Origin: Deltaproteobacteria bacterium SG8_13 | GTDB taxonomy: Bacteria; Desulfobacterota; Desulfobacteria; Desulfobacterales; SG8-13 | NCBI GenBank assembly: GCA_001303025.1 | Contig: LJNK01000004.1 | Location: 1,516-65,515 of the forward strand | DNA: 64,000 nt | Reading direction: 5' to 3' | Shown: piece after piece, positions 46,111-56,750 of the stretch | Layout: the number at the start of each line of letters is the position of its first letter | How positions within the stretch are numbered: position 1 is the stretch's first letter | Made by a program: the position numbers and the translations under genes | The notes under the pieces: model-generated | Told to the model about the DNA's origin: nothing | Database searches by the model: none | The model's input: only the letters and a program-made list of their open reading frames with translations

Positions 46111-47706
46111 ATGCGCCGTTGGAACGGGTGGGGAGACGAATCAATACATGTTGCCCTGCCGGAAGAGGGAGCCCGACTGCTGCGCCGCTCGCTCGGTGAG
46201 GGCCGCCCACAGACCGACTGTACATTCGAATCGCTGCTGCATCGCATCCCTGCCTGCCGGATTCCCCCGCATCCCTGCATTCAAACCGATGCTCCCACTC
46301 GCCTGATTCATTCACACGGACAAAGCCTGCCGGACTGGGTTGGACTGCGCGCCGGCTCGCTGGAGCGCTTCCCAGACGGTGTCGCTTTTCCGGAAAACAG
46401 CGAGCAGGTCGAGGACTTGTTTCAGTTTTGCCGTGCGCAGCATGTCATCGTCATTCCGCATGGCGGCGGAACCAGCGTTGTCGGTCACCTGCAGATCCCT
46501 GCAAAAGACCTGCCGGTTCTCAGTCTTTCTATGAAACGGATGAATCAAATGATGGCCCTGAACGCAACCGACCAGCTGGCCACCTTCGGTGCCGGAATTT
46601 CAGGTCTGCAACTCGAAGGCACCCTCCAGCCGAAAGGCTTTACGCTCGGCCACTTTCCTCAGTCTTTCGAATACTCCTCACTCGGCGGCTGGGTGGCAAC
46701 CCGTTCCTGCGGTCAGCAGTCATCGTATTACGGGCGGATCGAGGACCTGTATGCCGGCGGAGAGCTCATTTCTCCCATTGGCCGGCTGGTGTTGCCGAAC
46801 TTCCCGGCATCGGCTGCCGGCCCGGACCTCCGGCAGCTGGTGTTGGGCTCGGAAGGCCGTATGGGGGTTTTGACTCGGGTGACCGTCCGCTTAAGCCGCA
46901 TTCCGGAAAAAGATGATGTTTACACGTTCTTTTTCCCTACGTGGCAAAGCGGGATATCGGCTGTTCGCACCATCGCCAGAGCAGGAATATCCTTCTCGAT
47001 GATGCGGCTGAGCAATCCGGCAGAAACCCGCACGCTGCTGTCGCTTGCCGGCAACAAGGGTAAGGTCGACTGGTTGGAGCGCTATCTGCGCTGGAGGGGA
47101 CTGCCGCGCGACCATGCTTGCATATGCCTGATCGGTTTCACGGGCACACGGCGCCAGGTTCGAACTGCACGTTGCGAATCACTCGCCGTCATCCGCCGCA
47201 ACAACGGCATCGCATTGGGAAAATTGCTGGGAAAGCAATGGAAGAAAAACCGATTCCGAACGCCCTACCTGCGCAATACCCTCTGGAACTGCGGATATGC
47301 CGTTGACACATTCGAAACCGCCGTAAACTGGGACGGCGTCACCGCGACCCTTACAGCAATTGAAACAGCTGTTGGCGACAGCCTGGCCGCATGGAAGGAG
47401 AATGTTCACGCCTTCTCGCATCTTTCCCATGTTTATCCGACCGGTTCCAGTCTCTACACCACCGTCGTCTTCCGGCTGGCAGACGCTGCAGAAGAAATCC
47501 TGGCCCGCTGGCGGGCGATCAAAGCCGCCGCCTGTCGAACGATTACCGCTGGCGGGGGAACCATCAGCCACCAGCACGGCGTCGGTACAGATCATCGCGG
47601 CTATCTTGAAAAAGAAAAAGGCTCTCTGGGCATCGGCCTGCTGAAACAGGTGTACCGGCACATCGACCCGGAAGGGCTGATGAATCCAGAAAAGCTGATC
47701 GAATAA
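46111..47706 (+). CDS. FAD-binding oxidoreductase of the alkyl-dihydroxyacetonephosphate synthase (AGPS)-like family
   Basis: N-terminal MRRWNGWGDE, a hallmark of AGPS-like proteins. PCMH FAD domain (VIVIPHGGGTSVVGH). C-terminal HQHGVGTDH. Confidence 0.75.
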   Translation: MRRWNGWGDESIHVALPEEGARLLRRSLGEGRPQTDCTFESLLHRIPACRIPPHPCIQTDAPTRLIHSHGQSLPDWVGLRAGSLERFPDGVAFPENSEQVEDLFQFCRAQHVIVIPHGGGTSVVGHLQIPAKDLPVLSLSMKRMNQMMALNATDQLATFGAGISGLQLEGTLQPKGFTLGHFPQSFEYSSLGGWVATRSCGQQSSYYGRIEDLYAGGELISPIGRLVLPNFPASAAGPDLRQLVLGSEGRMGVLTRVTVRLSRIPEKDDVYTFFFPTWQSGISAVRTIARAGISFSMMRLSNPAETRTLLSLAGNKGKVDWLERYLRWRGLPRDHACICLIGFTGTRRQVRTARCESLAVIRRNNGIALGKLLGKQWKKNRFRTPYLRNTLWNCGYAVDTFETAVNWDGVTATLTAIETAVGDSLAAWKENVHAFSHLSHVYPTGSSLYTTVVFRLADAAEEILARWRAIKAAACRTITAGGGTISHQHGVGTDHRGYLEKEKGSLGIGLLKQVYRHIDPEGLMNPEKLIE

Positions 47707-47752
47707 CCTGCCGGCCCGAACCAGCTTACCGGGCGGTAAACACGATTGTACC

Positions 47753-49417
47753 ATGCAGCTTGCGCAATTATCGACATCCTGGGACCTGATTATTATCGGG
47801 GGAGGGGTCACCGGTGCCGGCGTGTTTCGAGAGGCGGCACGGATGAAATTGCAGGTGCTGCTGATCGAACAGCGGGATTTCGCATGGGGAACCTCGAGCC
47901 GATCGTCAAAGCTGATCCATGGTGGACTGCGCTACCTGCGCGAAGGTCAACTTCTGCTCACCCGCGAAGCCGTTCAGGAACGGGAGCGATTGTTACGGGA
48001 GGCCCCGGGTCTGGTGGAACCCCTGGAGTTCCTGGTGCCGGTCTACAAAGACAGGGGCCCCGGCAAATGGATACTGGAGGCCGGGCTTTCCCTGTACGAT
48101 CTGATTGCCGCAAAACGTCAGCACCGATTCTATCCCGCCGAGGAGTTTTTTCATCTGGCCCCTCACCTCGATCAGAAGCTTCTGGAAGGGGGATTTCTTT
48201 TCCACGATGCCCAGGTGGACGATGCCCGGCTGGTTCTGCGGCTGATCCAGGAAGGAATCAGCAGCGGGGGCGTGGCATTGAATTACACGGTTGCCGACAA
48301 GCTTTTGCACAGCGCCGACGGTAGCGTGATCGGTATCCGGACGGCGGATTCGGAAACCGGATACCGGCGGGATTTGAACTGCCGGCTGGTTGTCAACGCG
48401 ACCGGCATCTGGGCAGAACGCTTCCAGCCGTCACCGGACCCGCAACGTCATCTTCGACCTTTACGGGGCAGCCACCTGGTCTACTCGCCCCGGTCACTGC
48501 CATTTAACCGCGCGGTCAGTTTCCTGCATCCCGACGATGGCCGGGCGCTGTTCATCATTCCCTGGGAGAGTGTCGTGCTGGTGGGCACTACCGATCTGGA
48601 CCACCAACAGGACCTGGCCGTCGAACCGCATGCCACGGAAGAAGAGGTCATCTATCTGGTCAAAGCCCTGGCAAAACTGCTGCCGGCACTCGATTTTTCC
48701 CTGCAAAACTGTCGTTCGGCCTGGGCAGGAATCCGTCCCGTTCTCAGCAAAGGCGGCGTGTCACCTTCTGCAGAATCTCGACAGCATATCCTCTGGGAGC
48801 AAAAAGGTCTGGTAACGGTAACCGGCGGCAAGTTGACGATATTTCGTAAAATGGCCCGGGATGTGCTCAAAAAGATGAAACCGTACTTTCCGGAAAATCC
48901 CCTGCCCGGTGATAACGACCCCGTGCTTTTTCCGATTCCCGATATCCCGTCAACCGATGTCGGCCTGCCGGAGAAACCCTGGCGCATTCTTTGCGGGCGC
49001 TACGGGTCCCGGGCTCTGGAGCTGGTTGGCGAAGCCCGACCGGAGAGCCTGATGCCGATTCCCGGCACCCGAACACTCTGGGCAGAGCTGCCCTTTGCGG
49101 CCCGCCACGAACAGGTCAGACACCTCGATGACCTGCTGCTGCGCCGCGTGCGTATCGGGATGCAGTCTCTTAGGGGCGGCATGCCCCATATAAAGCGCAT
49201 CCAGAAGCTGTGCCGTCCATACCTGGGTTGGGACGGCACGCGCTGGAAGCAAGAGATCAGTCGCTATAAGCAAATCTGGGAATCTTACTATGCACTGCCG
49301 CCGGGCCTGGCCAAACATCTCCCCGGACATAAGCCGGACATGATTTCGCGAATCCGGCAGCTGTGGGAAGCCATGACCCATAGCACCCGAGGAGGAAATG
49401 GCCTGCTGTCGTTGTAG
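47753..49417 (+). CDS. glpD: FAD-dependent glycerol-3-phosphate dehydrogenase/oxidase
   Basis: DLIIIGGGVTGAGVFREAA dinucleotide fold, WGTSSRSSKLIHGGLRYL, C-terminal GlpD-type domain. Confidence 0.85.
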   Translation: MQLAQLSTSWDLIIIGGGVTGAGVFREAARMKLQVLLIEQRDFAWGTSSRSSKLIHGGLRYLREGQLLLTREAVQERERLLREAPGLVEPLEFLVPVYKDRGPGKWILEAGLSLYDLIAAKRQHRFYPAEEFFHLAPHLDQKLLEGGFLFHDAQVDDARLVLRLIQEGISSGGVALNYTVADKLLHSADGSVIGIRTADSETGYRRDLNCRLVVNATGIWAERFQPSPDPQRHLRPLRGSHLVYSPRSLPFNRAVSFLHPDDGRALFIIPWESVVLVGTTDLDHQQDLAVEPHATEEEVIYLVKALAKLLPALDFSLQNCRSAWAGIRPVLSKGGVSPSAESRQHILWEQKGLVTVTGGKLTIFRKMARDVLKKMKPYFPENPLPGDNDPVLFPIPDIPSTDVGLPEKPWRILCGRYGSRALELVGEARPESLMPIPGTRTLWAELPFAARHEQVRHLDDLLLRRVRIGMQSLRGGMPHIKRIQKLCRPYLGWDGTRWKQEISRYKQIWESYYALPPGLAKHLPGHKPDMISRIRQLWEAMTHSTRGGNGLLSL

Positions 49418-49435
49418 ATCGGTCGGATATTTCCC

Positions 49436-50728
49436 ATGCAGAAATCGGACAAACTGATTTTCATTACTTTGTTTTTCTCCATATTCGCCACCATCACCGG
49501 CGTGGGGATCGTGGTACCCTTGCTGCCTGTCTACGCCCATGCTTTGGGAGCCGGTGGTCTGACCATCGGCCTGATCTTCGGCGCCTTTTCGATCTCCCGG
49601 GTTTTTTTCCTGCCCTATTTCGGAAGACTGTCGGACAGAAAAGGCCGCAAGCCGTTGATCGTCCCCGGCTTGCTAGCCTACACGCTGGTTTCCATCGCCT
49701 TTCTATTCTCAGATGACGTAACCTACCTCATTGCGGTCCGGTTCGTGCAGGGGATTGCCTCTGCGATGCTGCTGCCGGTCATTCAGGCCTACGTGGGCGA
49801 CATCACGCCGAACGGCAAAGAGGGAATCACCATGGGCCTGTTCAACATGTCCGTGTTTATCGGGCTCAGTCTGGGGCCGGTTCTCGGTGGCGCCATCAAT
49901 GACCGATTCGGCCTGGACACCGCCTTTCTGAGTATGGGCGGGCTGTCATTCTTCGGTTTCCTGCTGAGCCTGGCGCTGCTGCCGCCGGTGGCCGATGAAC
50001 ACGTAATCCGAAGGGGCAGGCCGCCGGTCCGGTGGAAACAGCTCGTGATGGACCGGGAGGTCACCGGGTTGTTTTTCTTCCGGTTCGCCTACACCCTCTG
50101 TATTGGTGTTATCTGGGGATTTCTGCCCGTTCTGGCAGATGCCGAGCTGTCTCTGTCGAGTGCGGCCATCGGATTTCTGGTGATGCTCGGCATATTGATC
50201 AGCGGCATTCTTCACATTCCAATGGGTTGGGTGGCAGACCGGATGGACAAAAAGATGCTGGTCATCGCCGGTGGCCTGCTGGTCAGCTACGCCGTCTGGT
50301 CGTATACCGATGCAAGCGGTTTGCGTGACATGATTCTGGCCAGCGCCCTTTTCGGCATTGGCGGAGGGATCTGCATGCCGGCCTTGATGGCCACCGCCGT
50401 GGTTGCAGGCGAGAAAAACCAGGCGATGGGATCAGTGATGGCATTGCTGACCATGGCACACAGTATGGGTATGTTGTCCGGATCGATGGCTGCCGGAATG
50501 ATGATGGAGCTGTTTGAGCTCCGAACGGCCTTCCCGCTGGGAGCCGGGTTCATGGTCTTGGGCACTCTGGTCTTTTTGGGCTGTGCCACGCGGCGCCGGG
50601 CAGCCGTTGCCCCCCAGCCATCACCAAAACTCCCCCGAAAACCTTACACTGTCTATGAAGAAGCACTCGGTCTGCACCCGGTTTCCGGTAAAACGGAGAA
50701 TCCGAATGAGGCGGCCAAAACGCCTTGA
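49436..50728 (+). CDS. MFS transporter
   Basis: 12 TM helices and the MFS loop motif GRLSDRKGRKP. Confidence 0.85.
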   Translation: MQKSDKLIFITLFFSIFATITGVGIVVPLLPVYAHALGAGGLTIGLIFGAFSISRVFFLPYFGRLSDRKGRKPLIVPGLLAYTLVSIAFLFSDDVTYLIAVRFVQGIASAMLLPVIQAYVGDITPNGKEGITMGLFNMSVFIGLSLGPVLGGAINDRFGLDTAFLSMGGLSFFGFLLSLALLPPVADEHVIRRGRPPVRWKQLVMDREVTGLFFFRFAYTLCIGVIWGFLPVLADAELSLSSAAIGFLVMLGILISGILHIPMGWVADRMDKKMLVIAGGLLVSYAVWSYTDASGLRDMILASALFGIGGGICMPALMATAVVAGEKNQAMGSVMALLTMAHSMGMLSGSMAAGMMMELFELRTAFPLGAGFMVLGTLVFLGCATRRRAAVAPQPSPKLPRKPYTVYEEALGLHPVSGKTENPNEAAKTP

Positions 50729-50862
50729 CCGATTGACAATCGACCTTCTTGCATTAACCTTTATTTCAGCTCAACCGGACCGCAGCCCGCCGGTAATTTT
50801 TCCGGTTGACGGATTGACATCATCTTGATCTTCGGTTTGCAGACGAATCGGCAGGAAATCGT

Positions 50863-51975
50863 ATGACGTACAAACGGGATTATTACGAAGTGCTCGGAGT
50901 TGGTCGCAACGCCGATGACGCTGAAATCAAAACTGCTTATCGCAAACAAGCCCTCCAGTACCATCCGGATCGCAACCCAGGCGACAAAGAGGCCGAAGAA
51001 AAGTTCAAGGAAGCTGCAGAGGCGTATGAGGTTCTGCGGGATCCGAACAAACGAAACATCTACAACCAGTTCGGCCACCAGGGTCTCGAGGGTAGCGGTT
51101 TTTCCGGGTTTGGCGGATTTGAGGACATTTTTGCCAGTTTCGGCGACATCTTCGAGGATTTTTTCGGATTCGGCCGCAGCCGCCAATCCGGGAGCCGGAC
51201 CCGACGGGGTTCGGATCTGCGCTACGACATGACCCTCAGTTTCATGGAGGCCGCTTTTGGTACGGAAACGGCCATCGAAGTAACCAAGTCCGATGTCTGC
51301 CCGGAATGCGGTGGAAGTGGGTGCGCACCCGACACCCAACCGGAAACCTGCAGCCAGTGCAGGGGAACAGGGCAACTGTCGCGCACCCAGGGATTTTTCA
51401 CCGTCAGAACGACTTGCCATGCATGCAACGGCAGCGGGCAGATGATCGTCCATCCCTGCAACCGGTGCAACGCTGTGGGTCGAGTAGCGGTCAACAAAAA
51501 GGTCTCCGTCAAGATTCCGGCCGGTGTGGACAGCGGCTCGCGGCTGCGGTTAACCGCTGAAGGGGAAGCCGGTCTCTACGGTGGCCCCAGCGGAGATTTG
51601 TATGTATTTATTCACGTGGAACCGCATGATTTTTTTGAACGCAACAACACCGATGTCATCTGCCGAATCCCCGTCAGCTTTGTGCAGGCAGCGCTGGGGG
51701 GCAAAATAAAAGTGCCCACCCTGACCGGCGAAAGGTCGGTTGAAATCAAGAAGGGCATTCAGCCCGGCGACATGATCCGGCTGCGCGGAGAGGGCATACC
51801 GTCACTGCGACACGGAAACCGCGGCGATCAGATCATCCAGTGGGACATTCGGACCCCTACCCACTTGAACAAAAAACAGGAGCAGCTGCTGCGGGAATTC
51901 GCCAAGCTGGAAACCCGAAAGCTGTCGACAAAAATCAAAAACATCCTCAAAGGAGAAAACCTGGAAGCCATCTGA
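50863..51975 (+). CDS. dnaJ: molecular chaperone DnaJ
   Basis: J-domain with HPD (YHPDRNPGD), G/F region, four CxxCxGxG zinc-finger repeats. Confidence 0.95.
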   Translation: MTYKRDYYEVLGVGRNADDAEIKTAYRKQALQYHPDRNPGDKEAEEKFKEAAEAYEVLRDPNKRNIYNQFGHQGLEGSGFSGFGGFEDIFASFGDIFEDFFGFGRSRQSGSRTRRGSDLRYDMTLSFMEAAFGTETAIEVTKSDVCPECGGSGCAPDTQPETCSQCRGTGQLSRTQGFFTVRTTCHACNGSGQMIVHPCNRCNAVGRVAVNKKVSVKIPAGVDSGSRLRLTAEGEAGLYGGPSGDLYVFIHVEPHDFFERNNTDVICRIPVSFVQAALGGKIKVPTLTGERSVEIKKGIQPGDMIRLRGEGIPSLRHGNRGDQIIQWDIRTPTHLNKKQEQLLREFAKLETRKLSTKIKNILKGENLEAI

Positions 51976-52063
51976 GACCGGCCGCCAGGACCTTTCGAGC
52001 GCAGCACGTTATTTTAAAATTTCGGACAATTCGATCCGCGCGCGATGTCGAGGTCACAGGGAT

Positions 52064-52438
52064 ATGTTTGAGCTGAAAGTCGTTACGCACTTCGCCGCTG
52101 CCCATCAGTTAAAAATGGTGGCGGAAAAATGCGAAAACCTTCACGGACACAATTGGAAGATCGAAGTCTGCTTGATCGGCGAGAAGCTCGATTCGGCGGG
52201 AATCTTGATCGATTTCGGCGAGATCAAACAGCACGTAGCCCGCATTATGAAACGATTGGATCACCGGTTCCTGAACGAAACCCCGCCGTTTAACGATGGA
52301 ACCCCGCCCTCCTCGGAAAATATTGCTCAATTTGTCGCCACCGAGCTTCAGGCCGCACTCCGGAAGCCGGCCGTAAAGGTCAGCCGCGTTTCAGCCTGGG
52401 AGTCCGACAATGCATGCGCCACTTACATACCGGCCTGA
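52064..52438 (+). CDS. queD: 6-carboxy-5,6,7,8-tetrahydropterin synthase
   Basis: FAAAHQL...CENLHGHNW motif, about 120 aa. Confidence 0.9.
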   Translation: MFELKVVTHFAAAHQLKMVAEKCENLHGHNWKIEVCLIGEKLDSAGILIDFGEIKQHVARIMKRLDHRFLNETPPFNDGTPPSSENIAQFVATELQAALRKPAVKVSRVSAWESDNACATYIPA

Positions 52439-52587
52439 TAAGCCTGCGGCCTTTCCCCGGTCTTCATAGACGCATACCCGAACCGGCTGACCACCCGGGG
52501 CAACACGCGTTGCGCTCCGGCAGCCCGGTACCCCTTCATTGCCGCAGCTGTATCAAATCCGTCCAGCAAGGCCCCGGTTTCAGGACC

Positions 52588-53163
52588 CTATTTCATTTCT
52601 TTGTACCGCTGCAACAAGTCGTCGCGGGTGACAATCGCGGATACGGCGGCCACGTGCTGGCGGATGTTCTCCAGACCGCCTTCCTGCCGATCGACCAGAA
52701 TCACCGCTTTAACGACTTCCAATCCTTCCAGCCGGGCCCTTTCAATGGCCTTTATCGTCGATCCGCCGGTGGTGGCCACATCATCGATGATGGCCACCCG
52801 TTGCCCGGGCTGGATGTCCCCTTCTACCCACTTGACAATGCCGTGATCTTTTTGCCTCTTGCGAATCGAAAAGGCATCGACGGGAGCCCCTTTGAGTGCT
52901 GAGGCAAACGCAGCGGCCACGGCAATCGGGTCGGCACCGAAAGTAAGACCCCCTACCGCCTCAATCTTTTCATTACAAACGGCATCGAAGACCAGGTTGC
53001 CGACAAGAACCATCCCTCTTGCACTCAGAGTCGTCGGTTTGCAATTGACATAAAACCGGCTCATATTCCCGGAAACAAGCTTGAATACGGGCTCTTCGCT
53101 GTACTGGAAAGATTTTCTGCACAGCATTTCAATCAATTCCTGCTTCATCTGAAACGCCTCCAT
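52588..53163 (-). CDS. pyrE: orotate phosphoribosyltransferase
   Basis: PRPP-binding motif [13 protein letters not shown] and the N-terminal [15 protein letters not shown]. Confidence 0.9.
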   Translation of the reverse strand: MEAFQMKQELIEMLCRKSFQYSEEPVFKLVSGNMSRFYVNCKPTTLSARGMVLVGNLVFDAVCNEKIEAVGGLTFGADPIAVAAAFASALKGAPVDAFSIRKRQKDHGIVKWVEGDIQPGQRVAIIDDVATTGGSTIKAIERARLEGLEVVKAVILVDRQEGGLENIRQHVAAVSAIVTRDDLLQRYKEMK

Positions 53164-53436
53164 CTGTGTCGAACGAGCTCCCGGACCGAAACGATCCTGT
53201 CATACGGCCGAGATCGGCAGCCCGGCAGTTACCCCTTCAAACCGGCAATTCTGGAAGTAACGGTTGATTTTGAACGGCCGATTGGATATAAAAAGCCTCC
53301 ACCAAAATGGAAGAAGCCGGTTCATGGGATTCAGTGGAGGCTTTGAGCAAGGAAAACCGGATACGGCACTCCTTGAACTCAGCGTTTCCATATCAACTAA
53401 CACATAACAGGTCAATCCGAAACCCCGGAGATCGCC

Positions 53437-54792
53437 ATGCACCGAGTGCCGAGTAGCAGAAATTTTTTTCTTTCCGTCCGCCTGGCAGGGCTGGCTGTTT
53501 TGTTGGTATGCGGGCAGTGGCACCTGCCAGCCGCCCGGGCCCAGGCGTCAGGGCAAACCATGACCCTGCTGGAAGCGGTCGACACTGCGCTGACTGCCAA
53601 TCTCGAACTGCAAAAATCAAACAAAGAGATTGAGGCCGCCGAAGCCAGGAAAAAAGCCCAGCGCACCTTTTTCTTTCCAACCCTCAATGCCACCTATCAG
53701 GCCATCCGTGTTGATCAGGGAGCCCAGCTCGGCGGTGCCGTCAGCGGCCTTTCTCAACTTCGGAGCGAATACAACATGACCGCCGGCTTTTCCCAGCCGA
53801 TCTTTACGGGATTCGCCCTGCTCAATCAATACCAGATCGCAGACCTCGGGCTGGACGTGGCGCAGCTAAATCGAAAGCTCAACCGTCTGGAGGTGATCTT
53901 TCTGGCCAAGCAAGCCTATTTCCAGGTGCTGAAAACCGAAAAGCTCAGAGAAGTGGCCGCCAATTCGGTCAAGGTGCTCGAATCCCAGGTAGAGGTGGCG
54001 CGCAACTTTTATGAGGTGGGGATGACGCCCCTCAACGATCTGCTGCAAACTCAGGTGGAGCTGGCCAACTCCAAGCAGGAGCAGATCGTAGCCCAGAACA
54101 ACCTCGATCTGGCCGAGTCCCAGTTCAACATCGTCCTGCAACGGCCGGTCAATGCACCGGTCAATTTGGCCGACATTCAAATCTTCGCCCCCCTGCCGAA
54201 CGAACTCGATTATTATCTGGCGGAAGCGGAAAAGAGCCGGCTCGAAATCTCGGTGGCCGATCTGCAGATCCAGATTGCCGAAAAAGAGCTGGGGGTAGCC
54301 CGCAAAGAGTTTTACCCCACCATTTCGCTGGAGGGCAATTATTTCAAGCGCAGCACCAAGTGGAACCTGGAAGCCGAAGAGGACCTGCTCGATCCGGACG
54401 GCTGGTCGATCACCGGCGTTGCCACCTGGGATTTCTGGCAGTGGGGCCGCAGCTCCTTTGGGGAAAGGGAAAAGCGCAGCCGTCTGTCTCAGGCCAAAAT
54501 CAGCCGGGATCAGGCCCTGTTTCAAATCCGGCTTGAAGTGGAACGATCCTATCTCAAGGCTCGGGAGTCGGAGCGAAACATCGTCACCATCGAGACGGCC
54601 ATCGAACAGGCCAAGGAAAACATGCGCATCACCGAAGAACGCTACAAGGAGCAGGCCGCCACTTCGACCGACATACTGATCGCCCAGAACCTGTTGTTTC
54701 GGACGCAGACGAATTTTTTCAATGCGCTCTACGATTTCAAAATCGCGAAGGCATTTCTGGAAAAAGCCATCGGGCTGGAAATTCTGGAATGA
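53437..54792 (+). CDS. TolC-family outer-membrane channel protein
   Basis: Signal peptide and two OEP repeats (LTLLEAVDTALTANLELQ...). Its stop codon overlaps the ftsE ATG (ATGA). Confidence 0.85.
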   Translation: MHRVPSSRNFFLSVRLAGLAVLLVCGQWHLPAARAQASGQTMTLLEAVDTALTANLELQKSNKEIEAAEARKKAQRTFFFPTLNATYQAIRVDQGAQLGGAVSGLSQLRSEYNMTAGFSQPIFTGFALLNQYQIADLGLDVAQLNRKLNRLEVIFLAKQAYFQVLKTEKLREVAANSVKVLESQVEVARNFYEVGMTPLNDLLQTQVELANSKQEQIVAQNNLDLAESQFNIVLQRPVNAPVNLADIQIFAPLPNELDYYLAEAEKSRLEISVADLQIQIAEKELGVARKEFYPTISLEGNYFKRSTKWNLEAEEDLLDPDGWSITGVATWDFWQWGRSSFGEREKRSRLSQAKISRDQALFQIRLEVERSYLKARESERNIVTIETAIEQAKENMRITEERYKEQAATSTDILIAQNLLFRTQTNFFNALYDFKIAKAFLEKAIGLEILE

Positions 54793-55478
54793 CGGAAAGT
54801 GAAGCCAAAAACGCCATCATTCGACTGTTTCATGTTTACCGGAATTATGGCACTAAGAACGCGCTGGTGGACGTTACCCTCGACATCTACAAAAACGAGT
54901 TTCTGTTTATCAGCGGTCCGAGCGGCGCCGGAAAAACCACCCTATTGAAGCTGCTCTATTTTGCCGAACCCGCCTCCGACGGTCAGATCCTGGTGGACGG
55001 GATGAATCTGTCCCGAATTCCCCGCAAAAACGTTCCCTTCTTGCGCAGAATATTCGGCATTGTCTTTCAGGACTACAAGCTGATTTCCACTAAAACCGTG
55101 TATGATAACGTAGCACTGGTTCTGGAAGCGGCCGGACAGAACCGGCGCTTCATCCAGAAGAAGGTCAAAAGCGTGCTGCGAACCGTTGGAATGGAGCAGC
55201 GGCTGCATGCCCTGCCTCCGAGCCTTTCCGGGGGCGAGCAGCAACGGGTGGCCATCGCCCGGGCAGTCGTCGGTGACCCCAAAATCATTCTGGCGGACGA
55301 ACCCACCGGCAGCCTTGACGCCGATGCTGCGGGATTTGTGTTCGGCCTGCTGAAAAGCTTTCATACCCGTGGCGCCACCGTGGTGATCGCCACCCACGAC
55401 CGGCAGCTGATCCAAAGAAGCGGCGGCCGCGTCGTTCACCTTAACGGCGGGCGCCTGGTGGAAACTCCGGCCATTTAA
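54789..55478 (+). CDS. ftsE: cell-division ABC ATPase FtsE
   Basis: [38 protein letters not shown]. FtsE-type rather than MacB-type sequence. Confidence 0.85.
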   Translation: MTESEAKNAIIRLFHVYRNYGTKNALVDVTLDIYKNEFLFISGPSGAGKTTLLKLLYFAEPASDGQILVDGMNLSRIPRKNVPFLRRIFGIVFQDYKLISTKTVYDNVALVLEAAGQNRRFIQKKVKSVLRTVGMEQRLHALPPSLSGGEQQRVAIARAVVGDPKIILADEPTGSLDADAAGFVFGLLKSFHTRGATVVIATHDRQLIQRSGGRVVHLNGGRLVETPAI

Positions 55479-55618
55479 AACGAGGCCGATGGCCGCGGCC
55501 TGCAATAAGCCGATGGTTGATGCTACCGGTTGCACCCGGCAGATGACATGGCTCTGTTTTCCTTCAGACAACGCCTGCCGGAAAGGGGCTTAACAAAACA
55601 GCATCGGACGGAAACCGG

Positions 55619-56494
55619 ATGTCTTTATACCTGAAACGCGCCATTGACGATATTCGCCAGAACCGGTTTTTGAACCTGGTCACCATCGTTACCATTGCCC
55701 TGTCCATTTTGATCGTCAGTGCATTTGTTCTTTTTTTCATCAATACCAGCGATCTGATGTCGGCCTGGAAAAAAGGCGTGCGGATCATGGTGTACCTGAA
55801 ATCCAGCACGCCGGCATCGGAAATTCCGGCCCTGCAGCAGCAGCTGGCCGGCATGTACGGAATAGAGCAGGTAAACTACATCCCCAAAGAAGAAGCCCTG
55901 AATTTGATGAAAAACCAGATGAAGCGGCAATCATCGCTGTTGGAAAACTTGAAGGAGAATCCGCTTCCGGATGCATTTGAAATCCGTATGACCTCCGCCA
56001 CCCAGGGATGGGATCGTCTGGAAAAAATCGCTCTTCAAATCGAAAACCTGCCGAACGTTGACGAGGTCGAGTACGGCCGACGGTGGATCGGAAGATTCAC
56101 CAACGTCATCAACCTCTTCACGCTGGCCGGCTACGCCCTGGGCACGCTATTTTTCATGGCGGCAGTGTTTTTCGTCGCCAACACGATTCGGCTGGTCCTT
56201 TACTCCCGAAGGGACGAAATAGAAATCATGCGACTGGTGGGTGCAGAAGACCAGTTCATCAAGGCGCCTTTCTACATCGAGGGGATCATTCAGGGTGCTC
56301 TGGGTGGTGCCATCGGCCTGGTTGCATTGTTTATCGCGTTTTTGTTCATCTCTTCGAGCGTGCAACCGGTCTCCGGTGCGCAAATGCTGCAGGTTCGATT
56401 TCTGCCGTTGCCGCTGCTGGCAGGCATTCTGGTAAGCGGCATGATCGTAGGCTGGCTGGGCTGTTTTGTCTCTCTCAAGCAGTTCTTCAAATAG
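55619..56494 (+). CDS. ftsX: cell-division permease FtsX
   Basis: FtsX N-terminus (AIDDIRQNRFLNLVTIVTIAL), periplasmic domain, C-terminal 3 TM helices with EIEIMRLVGA. Confidence 0.85.
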   Translation: MSLYLKRAIDDIRQNRFLNLVTIVTIALSILIVSAFVLFFINTSDLMSAWKKGVRIMVYLKSSTPASEIPALQQQLAGMYGIEQVNYIPKEEALNLMKNQMKRQSSLLENLKENPLPDAFEIRMTSATQGWDRLEKIALQIENLPNVDEVEYGRRWIGRFTNVINLFTLAGYALGTLFFMAAVFFVANTIRLVLYSRRDEIEIMRLVGAEDQFIKAPFYIEGIIQGALGGAIGLVALFIAFLFISSSVQPVSGAQMLQVRFLPLPLLAGILVSGMIVGWLGCFVSLKQFFK

Positions 56495-56750
56495 GATCGC
56501 ACCGCAATAGCATGAAATGACGACAAGGCCTGCAGGAGGAAAGGTTTACAGGTGCGCATCACCAACGCTATGCACCCCATCGGGGATGTGCTTGACCCGG
56601 CGGTATTATTGCCTGCTTTAAATTGTCTGCATGACGGTTGCGAGCCTTGGTCGCTTGCGTCCGCTGACCGCAAACAACCACCGTGGTGTCGCAAAACCCT
56701 GGCAACCCCATCGCGAAGTGCAACCGCCGGATACGGGAAGAAGGCAACCG

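Noticed and set aside
50729-50862. Heat-shock control element (CIRCE or sigma32 promoter) upstream of dnaJ
   Set aside because: No TTAGCACTC-N9-GAGTGCTAA inverted repeat and no CTTGAAA / CCCCAT pair was found. Only generic TTGAC-like hexamers are present.
53270-53330. CCTCCAC...GTGGAGG inverted repeat upstream of the tolC-like gene
   Set aside because: It has a 7-bp stem but a 31-nt loop and no U-run in a useful orientation. It is too weak to call a terminator or regulatory hairpin.
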